Origin: Chlamydiia bacterium
GTDB lineage: Bacteria; Chlamydiota; Chlamydiia; Chlamydiales; FEN-1388
Direction: 5' to 3'
Assembly (NCBI GenBank): GCA_903848235.1
Contig: CAINFV010000102.1
Location: forward strand, 1 to 34,495
DNA: 34,495 bases
Shown here: in pieces, positions 27,943 to 34,495 of the stretch
How the letters are laid out: each line of letters opens with the position of its first letter
Numbering within the stretch: the stretch's first letter is position 1
Position numbers and translations under genes: made by a program
Notes under the pieces: generated by a model
Databases searched by the model: none
What the model saw: only the letters and a program-made list of their open reading frames with translations
What the model was told of the DNA's origin: nothing

Positions 27943-28709
27943 GGCAGATACCTCTTTAAGTCGTTACGTAGTTCATCGGCTTGTTTTTTGACTTTCTCAG
28001 CGCCAGGTGTTTCTGCAGTGGTCAACTCTGCAAGTGACAGGTACGCCGTTGCTGCTGCATAGTTTCCTAATGCCATTTGGCATTTTGCTATTAAAAGGTT
28101 GCAGGAGAGGTCCGTCGGGTTTGTCTGAGCTGCAAAAGTATACGCTAACAGAGCTTCTTGATATCTTCTTAAGAAGTATTCGCAGTTGCCAAGGCCTATC
28201 CAAAAGATGTGGTAGGAAGGGTTAATCAAGGACAGTAGGTAGAAGGCCCCGCTTGCCTCTTCATAGTGCTGGTGTTCATATAAATATCTCGAGAGCTTAT
28301 ACAACGACTGCAATGAAAGGTATGAAATGCCAAGAATCTCTTGCAGAGGCTCTCCTTTTGCCATCATATGCAATGCTGGTTTGACCTGCTGTATCACAAC
28401 AGAGGCAACAGTGATCATGTCGCCAATGGCTTGAACAATATTTGGCTGTTGGGTTACAGCCTCGATATGTGGAAGTTCTTGGAGTAGCTCAACGAGCTGA
28501 CGCATCCCCCGTTCCATTTTGTGATAGATGGAGAGGAGGCTTTTTTCCATTTTTTGCACATCGGCATCTAATGACGGCTGTGCTGGAGTGACATGGAAAC
28601 CTGGTGGTGACAGATCCTTGAGCTGCTGGGCGATATTTTCCAACATTTTCCGAAGATCTTCATGCATTCCTTCAAATCGTTGCATGCTTGTCTCATCCCC
28701 TATGAGCAT
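27939..28709 (-). CDS. SycD/LcrH-family TPR type III secretion chaperone with N-terminal extension
   Basis: LQEILGIS...LY..YEEA...F..L...NP...FWIGLG......YQEA..AY pattern of three TPRs. Confidence 0.8.
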   Translation of the reverse strand: MLIGDETSMQRFEGMHEDLRKMLENIAQQLKDLSPPGFHVTPAQPSLDADVQKMEKSLLSIYHKMERGMRQLVELLQELPHIEAVTQQPNIVQAIGDMITVASVVIQQVKPALHMMAKGEPLQEILGISYLSLQSLYKLSRYLYEHQHYEEASGAFYLLSLINPSYHIFWIGLGNCEYFLRRYQEALLAYTFAAQTNPTDLSCNLLIAKCQMALGNYAAATAYLSLAELTTAETPGAEKVKKQADELRNDLKRYLP

Positions 28710-28898
28710 GAGTTATAAACGAACGTCTCCTGCCGCCTCCGTGCCGATACCCTCTTAACTTGGGTTTAAGCCAAAGAGACAACGTATCCTAAGATTTGCC
28801 GAAAAAAATATTTGTATTCAAATCAAAAATACACACATTGTTGCCATAACTGGACTTTAGCATTTTTTAAGCCCCCTTTTTACGGTGGATTGCACAAC

Positions 28899-30365
28899 AT
28901 GTCTGCACAGAATACACAAATCCAGGTGACTGTTCGGAGAAGCGTTCCTTCGGACACCCAACAAATTGAAGCGCTGATCCATTCAGGTGATGTTAAAACG
29001 AGTCTTCCTCGATCTGCATATGCAGCTCTTGATCTTCGAACGCCTTCGCCAGACTTTCCTATCGCAAGGAGAGAAGACCGTCAATATGTCGTTGAGAAGA
29101 ATGGAGAGGTGATAGGGCATTTTCTGCTCTGGAGTCTCTACGAGCGTCATCAACATGCAGAAGTTGTCTGTGCTTTCTCTGCCAAAACTTCTGAGCGCGA
29201 TATGAAGGAGGCGTTTGATGCCGTCCTCGATATCCTTTTCCGGCAGCTGCAGCTGCATAAGGTCTCCTTCCTCGTCCATCCATCGTTTCTCTTTTTCTTT
29301 ACCGTTGCACAGCATCTCTCGTTTCTTCTTGAGGGTACGTTGCGCCAGGAGTTTGCCCTCAATGGTGAGTGGTATGATATTGCTGTCTTCTCGCAGATAG
29401 CTAAGGAGCGTGAGCTTTTTACACTCGAAGGAGCGCAGAGAATTGCAGCAGTGGAGGGAGGCTACGACTGGCTTATCCGTCAGGCTGCCTACGATAACAT
29501 CCATGTGGGTGTAGTCAGGGCCATTTTGTTGCGAATAGACAAAGACAAGATTCATGTGCTGCTCTTAAAAAAATCCACAGGATCTCCATTCTCTGGTCTT
29601 GAGGAAGCTCCTGGGAGCAAAGTTTTAGATGGAGAATCGCTTTTTCAGGCATTGAAGAGAGCTGTCAAAGAACAGACGGATCTGGAGATCTCAAAAGAGA
29701 TTCATTACCTAACATGTTTTGATTTTACTACAGACACTGGCCAGCGGATTCGTGAATTTGTGTTTCGTGTCAAGCCAATGACATGGGATGTGCACATAAA
29801 GCCCGAAGATCATGAGTCCTTTGACTGGATTCTTCTTCAAGACCTTCCCTCATCGCATCTCCATCCCGATCTTGTCCATATCCTCTCGAGTTATTCTCCA
29901 ACACTTGCTTATGAGACAGAAGAGATGCCGGTCCATGAACATGAGGCTGCTATTGAATTAGTAAGGCCTTCTAGCCTGCAATTAGAGGAAACGCTGCTGA
30001 TAGGACATCATCTTGACGCTTACGCTGCCAAGGGTCTTTCTATGATCGACCCAATTGGACTGATTCTTCGCGATAGCGCGAATCGCATTGTAGGGGGCCT
30101 AGGCGCTGACTTGGCCTATGGATGCCTATTTGTGCGTCGTATTTGGGTAGATCCGAACTGGCGTCGTGTTGGATGGGGAAAAAAGCTCATGGCACGGGCA
30201 GAAAGTATCGCCCGCGAAAAGGGGTGTACATTTGCCATTGGCAATGTGATGGATTGGGAGGACATTCCTTTTTTCCAAAAGATAGGATATTCCATCGAAA
30301 GTCAGTATACAGGGTATCTTGGGGCCTCGCGTCAGTTCCGATTTCGAAAGGAATTGCTTCATTGA
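28899..30365 (+). CDS. GNAT(RimL-like)-Nudix-GNAT fusion protein
   Basis: LHKV..EGTLRQ...NGEWYD, Nudix-like box PGSKVLDGESLFQALKRAVKEQTDL, and IWVDPNWRRVGWG..FFQKIGY. ATG 28899 preferred. Confidence 0.82.
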   Translation: MSAQNTQIQVTVRRSVPSDTQQIEALIHSGDVKTSLPRSAYAALDLRTPSPDFPIARREDRQYVVEKNGEVIGHFLLWSLYERHQHAEVVCAFSAKTSERDMKEAFDAVLDILFRQLQLHKVSFLVHPSFLFFFTVAQHLSFLLEGTLRQEFALNGEWYDIAVFSQIAKERELFTLEGAQRIAAVEGGYDWLIRQAAYDNIHVGVVRAILLRIDKDKIHVLLLKKSTGSPFSGLEEAPGSKVLDGESLFQALKRAVKEQTDLEISKEIHYLTCFDFTTDTGQRIREFVFRVKPMTWDVHIKPEDHESFDWILLQDLPSSHLHPDLVHILSSYSPTLAYETEEMPVHEHEAAIELVRPSSLQLEETLLIGHHLDAYAAKGLSMIDPIGLILRDSANRIVGGLGADLAYGCLFVRRIWVDPNWRRVGWGKKLMARAESIAREKGCTFAIGNVMDWEDIPFFQKIGYSIESQYTGYLGASRQFRFRKELLH

Positions 30366-30571
30366 CTCTGTGTAGAGCCTCTCTTGTTCCCAACCCGCTC
30401 GTAGGCGGTTCTTGGGAGTGACAAAAAAGCCCAAGACAAAACGCATATAATACGAACTTTTGAGAAAAACACAGGCGAGACTTTTCTTTTTTCAACGTTC
30501 TTTGATACTGTCTTTATCCGTTTCGGTTTTGTTATTGGTTGCCACAGGATATTTTCACCATTGGTTTCTTG

Positions 30572-30921
30572 ATGAGGGATTCTCGCAAGGAGTTCTTGAG
30601 ATTTTTCTTGCTTATATGCTTTTTATTGCTGCCCTATGGCATCTTCGCAGAGCATCATGACCGCCATCTCCTTTCTACACTTAAGGTGAAAAAAACGGGG
30701 GTGTACAAGAGTCGATGGTGTTTCCCTTTGCATTTCCAATTGACAAGTACAAAATCTATCAAATTCCTCTTCAAGGAAGTTTTTATCTCGATGAGCAGTG
30801 TGACAGTATCAACTCTTGGCTTCGTCTTAGAAATGCTTGGAAACAGGAACTGTGGGAACGCGTCCGTGGATGTATCAAGCCACACTTGTTGCTATCCGCG
30901 GGAAATTTTGAACGGGAGTGA
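30572..30921 (+). pseudogene. Probable frameshifted and truncated secreted-protein gene (possible FkbM N-terminal remnant)
   Basis: Signal peptide (LRFFLLICFLLLPYGIFA) in one frame and protein-like sequence in the -1 frame. One extra base in the A7/G5 run at 30689-30701 would join them. Confidence 0.4.
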
Positions 30922-30924
30922 CCG

Positions 30925-32022
30925 ATGAGATACATTGTATTACTTTTTGTATTGCTTTTTCATATCCCTTGTCTCTCTGAAAAGGTCTATTCTGCCTCTT
31001 CAGGAAGAGGAAAGTCTGTTTTACTCAAGCACATACCCCTGGCAGATACTGAAAAAAGCGTTCGAAAGATTTTTTCATTATCGATTCCTGGATATCCTGG
31101 TGCGTATAACCCATCAATTGTCAATTTGGAACAAGGGTTCCTCCTTTCGTTTCGATATGACGATCTACGGCGTAACAAATCTATGGTTGGCATGGTGCGC
31201 CTGAATCGGCGATTTGAGGTCGTAGGGAGCCCTGTTCTCAGTGATACCTTGTTAGAATTAGAGGATATGCGATTGTTTTGGATCGAGGGGGTGTTGTACG
31301 CCTCTGGTACGAGAGTTGAAATTAGGAGTCCGACTCGCACAGCTATTGCCTTATGCCAAGTCGATGTACAGACGCTGAAACTAAAAAATGCCGTTGACCT
31401 CATGTATCACCCGCAACAGGTAGAGAAAAACTGGACGCCTCTTGTTCATAGTAATTCCTCAGGCAAGACTGATCTGTTCTATATTTATTCTCACAACCCT
31501 CAACATGTGCTTCGTGTCAAGTCGATATCTACAGGGGCGATAGAGCATGCAATTCTTCCATGGAGTCAGAAGGGATTATCATGGGAGCATAAGTGGGGGG
31601 CAATCCGAGGAGGAACTCCCTGTGTTTCCATAGGTGATGAGCGGTTAGAATTTTTTCACAGTTCTTTTAATGACAAGAATCGACGGTGGTGGGTTTTCGG
31701 TGCCATGACATTTGAAAATTCACCTCCATTTCGGATAAAAGCCATCTCCCAGTATCCAATTATGGCTCAAGGGATGTATACGACTCCACTTGTGCCTCGC
31801 TTTAAAAAACGAACATTTCGTGTGGCGTTTCCTGGGGGATTTGTGGAGGTCAAAAAGAAGAAAAAAACCCTTTTCTACCTGGTATACGGTGAAAATGATA
31901 GTGGTATCAAGGTAATGGTTCTAGATAAGAAGCGTCTCTTGGCCAGCATGAAAAAAGTCCCTTATTCTGAACGGCCTTATAGTTCGGCGCCATACCGCGG
32001 TAGTTCTAAAGTGAGAAGATGA
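30925..32022 (+). CDS. Five-bladed beta-propeller glyco-enzyme (GH130-like / beta-mannosyltransferase-like) with signal peptide
   Basis: YNPSI, EDMRLF, EKNWTP, RGGTP, VAFPGG, YGEND motifs. Confidence 0.7.
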   Translation: MRYIVLLFVLLFHIPCLSEKVYSASSGRGKSVLLKHIPLADTEKSVRKIFSLSIPGYPGAYNPSIVNLEQGFLLSFRYDDLRRNKSMVGMVRLNRRFEVVGSPVLSDTLLELEDMRLFWIEGVLYASGTRVEIRSPTRTAIALCQVDVQTLKLKNAVDLMYHPQQVEKNWTPLVHSNSSGKTDLFYIYSHNPQHVLRVKSISTGAIEHAILPWSQKGLSWEHKWGAIRGGTPCVSIGDERLEFFHSSFNDKNRRWWVFGAMTFENSPPFRIKAISQYPIMAQGMYTTPLVPRFKKRTFRVAFPGGFVEVKKKKKTLFYLVYGENDSGIKVMVLDKKRLLASMKKVPYSERPYSSAPYRGSSKVRR

Positions 32023-32023
32023 G

Positions 32024-32986
32024 ATGTTCTTTAGAGTTTTTTTGCTTATTTGTGTTGTATGTGTCGGCAGCCTTTCCGCACGATTTGAAGATCATCTGAA
32101 GAAAATTTCCGATAAGGGTGATTTTCATAAGATGAGAAATATCAATTTCATTTACATGATCAATCTTGACGAGCGGCCCGAGAAATTCGAATCGTGCATG
32201 CGACAGCTTCGTCCCTATGGAATTTACCCCTACCGCTTTTCAGCCATTAATGGCTGGAAACTCCCTCTAGAAGTCATTAATGATCTTGGTGTTAAATTTG
32301 TGCCAGGAATGAAAAGTGGATTAATGGCAACGTGCTATTTGCGGGAAAATAACGGAGATCCTACACACGAAATAATGAGCGTCCCTGGGCGGACATATTT
32401 CTCTCATGAGATACGGAAAGGGTCCATTGGGTGTGCTTTGAGTCATCTTTCAATACTTCAGGATGCTCTTGATGCCGGCTATGAGACGATATGGATTATG
32501 GAAGATGATATTGCTGTTCTCCAAAATCCTTATCTTGTCTCAGATCGTATCGATGAGTTAGATGCGGCTCTGGGAAAGGAAGGATGGGATTTATTCTTTA
32601 CGGATCAAGATACAATCAGTAATGAAACGGGTGGATATGTCGGGTGTTGGTCGGCAGCACAGCGTCCTAATTTTTCGCCGTACAATCCAGCTCGCTTTGC
32701 TGTGCGAAGCGATATCGGGACAAATTTTCGAAAAGTTGGAGCGCGTTATGGCACGTATTCATGGATTGTCCGTCGGTCTGGAATAAAAAAAATACTATCT
32801 TTTGTCAAAAAATACAGCCTTTTCCTTCCGATAGATTTGGAAATGATACTTCCTAATGACATTCGTTTAGTTACCGTTACTAAAGATATTGTTTCGACTC
32901 AGCGAAATGCGTCGACTGACAATAGGGTGCCGGGTTTTTTACTGATGAAACAGATCCTTTCTTCTAAAATTGCACAGGGAGAGTGA
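32024..32986 (+). CDS. GT25 glycosyltransferase with signal peptide
   Basis: YMINLDERPEK, RFSAING, IGCALSH, IMEDD. Confidence 0.88.
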   Translation: MFFRVFLLICVVCVGSLSARFEDHLKKISDKGDFHKMRNINFIYMINLDERPEKFESCMRQLRPYGIYPYRFSAINGWKLPLEVINDLGVKFVPGMKSGLMATCYLRENNGDPTHEIMSVPGRTYFSHEIRKGSIGCALSHLSILQDALDAGYETIWIMEDDIAVLQNPYLVSDRIDELDAALGKEGWDLFFTDQDTISNETGGYVGCWSAAQRPNFSPYNPARFAVRSDIGTNFRKVGARYGTYSWIVRRSGIKKILSFVKKYSLFLPIDLEMILPNDIRLVTVTKDIVSTQRNASTDNRVPGFLLMKQILSSKIAQGE

Positions 32987-32987
32987 A

Positions 32988-33950
32988 ATGAGCATTAGGG
33001 TGTGGGCGTTTTTCTTTTTTATAGGCAATTTTGTTTCACTCTATGGCTATCAGATATCTGTAGCTACGATATTTAAAGATGAGGACCCATATCTGAAGGA
33101 ATGGATCGAGTATCATCTGATGGTGGGCGTTGATCATTTTTGGCTTTATAACCACGAAAATGAAATCAAGGAAGAGACATACGCTATCCTACAGCCATAT
33201 ATTGAGAAAGGTATAGTTGAATTGTTCAAATGGCCATACCGAAATGGGCTTATTGTTGATCAACGGACTTCAATGACCGATGCTCTTCGGCGAGCTAAAG
33301 GAACAACCGAGTGGTTGGCGCTGATAGATACGGACGAATATATCCTCCCCTCATCGAACAAGACAATTCTTGAGTGCCTCAATGCCCATTTTACACAGGC
33401 CTCAGCGGTCTATATGACTTGGCGGAACTTTGGTACGGGAAAAATTACTATTCCTAAGGGAGAGCCTATTTTGTGTCGTCTCGTGGCGTGTGCTCCACGT
33501 GGCCATGGGTATGAAAATAATGGCAAAACCATCTTCCGGGTTAAAGATGTAGATTGCGAAGCTATATCGTATATTCATCACGTGCCTTTGAAGTCTTCCG
33601 GTGTCTACTTCTATGGGGATGGGGTGAGCATTCCAAAAACAGCAAATGGACGGGAGCCCTCCCTCGACGGAACGAGCCATCATGGATACTTACGCATTCA
33701 TCATTATTTTTTGCGTGACGAGTGGTTTTTTCACAATGTCAAGAAACCACGATTGGTTCAAAGGGGGGATACTGAATCAATGATAAATGAATGGTACAAT
33801 GATTTTTTAAAAGATAAAGATCTCACATTGGTTGATTATATCATTAAATATCACCCTAAAAAGTATAAAAAAATATGGAAAAAGTTTTCGATTTACGGAC
33901 CAGGCGCCAACCTTAAGGGGGTGCAAAAAAGGGGCTTAGATAAAAAATGA
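32988..33950 (+). CDS. GT92/DUF23-like GT-A glycosyltransferase with signal peptide
   Basis: IFKDEDPYLKEWIEYH..GVDHFWLYN, WLALIDTDEY, IHHY. ATG 32988 with GGGAG RBS. Confidence 0.82.
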   Translation: MSIRVWAFFFFIGNFVSLYGYQISVATIFKDEDPYLKEWIEYHLMVGVDHFWLYNHENEIKEETYAILQPYIEKGIVELFKWPYRNGLIVDQRTSMTDALRRAKGTTEWLALIDTDEYILPSSNKTILECLNAHFTQASAVYMTWRNFGTGKITIPKGEPILCRLVACAPRGHGYENNGKTIFRVKDVDCEAISYIHHVPLKSSGVYFYGDGVSIPKTANGREPSLDGTSHHGYLRIHHYFLRDEWFFHNVKKPRLVQRGDTESMINEWYNDFLKDKDLTLVDYIIKYHPKKYKKIWKKFSIYGPGANLKGVQKRGLDKK

Positions 33951-34399
33951 CAGATATAACAAAACCCAGGCTACAAACGCTTCTGAAAACATTGTTCTTG
34001 ATATGCGCTCTTGGCGCGAGCAGTTTATTTTCCAATGTCGAAGATCATCTAAAGAAGGTTACCGGTAGGGGAACTTCTCATGATATGAGAAATATCGATT
34101 TTATCTACATGATCAATTTGGACGAGAGGCCTGGGAAATTTGAGTCATGCATACGACAACTCTCGCCCTATGGTATTTATCCTTACCGCTTTTCGGCTAT
34201 TAACGGCTGGAAGTTGCCTCTGAAGGTCATTAACGATGTAGGCGTTAGATACAAAGTCGGGATGCCGACAGATCTTATGGGTACATACTTCATGAATAAT
34301 GAAATGAGTTCTGGAACTCACGAAATCATGAGTGTTCCAGGGCGCACATATTTCGGTGACTTGGGTCGAGGAACCATTGGCTGCACCTTGAGCCTATAA
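33947..34399 (+). pseudogene. Second GT25 paralog, truncated by IS insertion
   Basis: Closely matches 32024-32986 up to IGCTLS. The sequence then switches to the IS end, which supplies the stop codon before the conserved His and the EDD motif. Confidence 0.85.
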
Positions 34400-34495
34400 T
34401 GGACCCCAAAAATTAGACAGCTTTCAAAGTTATGTTCTGTGCTAAAATTTTAGGCCTAAAGGAGGGCCCAGCACATGAACGGAAAGCCACGGACA
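34395..34495 (+). mobile_element. Left end of an IS3-family (IS150-like) insertion sequence with orfA start
   Basis: TATAATGGACCCCAAAAATTAGACA resembles IS150-group terminal repeats. AAGGAGG RBS and ATG at 34475 (MNGKPRT). Confidence 0.72.

Noticed and set aside
30384..30424. Hairpin downstream of the GNAT fusion
   Set aside because: Followed by an A-run rather than a U-run on the coding strand; not a supportable terminator.
1..34495. CRISPR array, prophage, retron or reverse-transcriptase systems
   Set aside because: No regularly spaced repeats and no cas, RT, integrase or phage structural motifs seen.

Overview
Chromosomal window from a Chlamydiota (environmental chlamydia-like) bacterium. 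The assignment is inferred from the tRNA-Gly/rpsB/tsf/pyrH/frr/tRNA-Glu/tRNA-Lys block, the nth-mnmE pair, the chlamydial-type gspDEF locus and a SycD/LcrH chaperone. Housekeeping genes (partial nnrD, nth, mnmE, rpsB, tsf, pyrH, frr, mutY, yggT, dusB, four tRNAs, a PhoR-like kinase, gspD/E/F) alternate with accessory material. This includes: a RelE-type toxin-antitoxin pair bracketed by a decayed 120-bp duplicate of the nth 3' end; a 1311-aa internally duplicated orphan protein; three Pro/Ser-rich orphan ORFs; a GNAT-Nudix-GNAT fusion in which two domains look catalytically degenerate; and an operon of glyco-enzymes (beta-propeller, GT25, GT92-like, GT25) that all carry signal-peptide-like N-termini, the last cut by an IS3-family element at the window end. 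The stretch 17741-18620 holds three non-coding structures not explained by the ORF track: a hairpin that sequesters the mutY start, a 161-bp palindromic MITE-like element that supplies a gene's C-terminus, and a 163-nt rod with a central bubble resembling 6S RNA. All calls come from motif recognition by eye; no searches were run.
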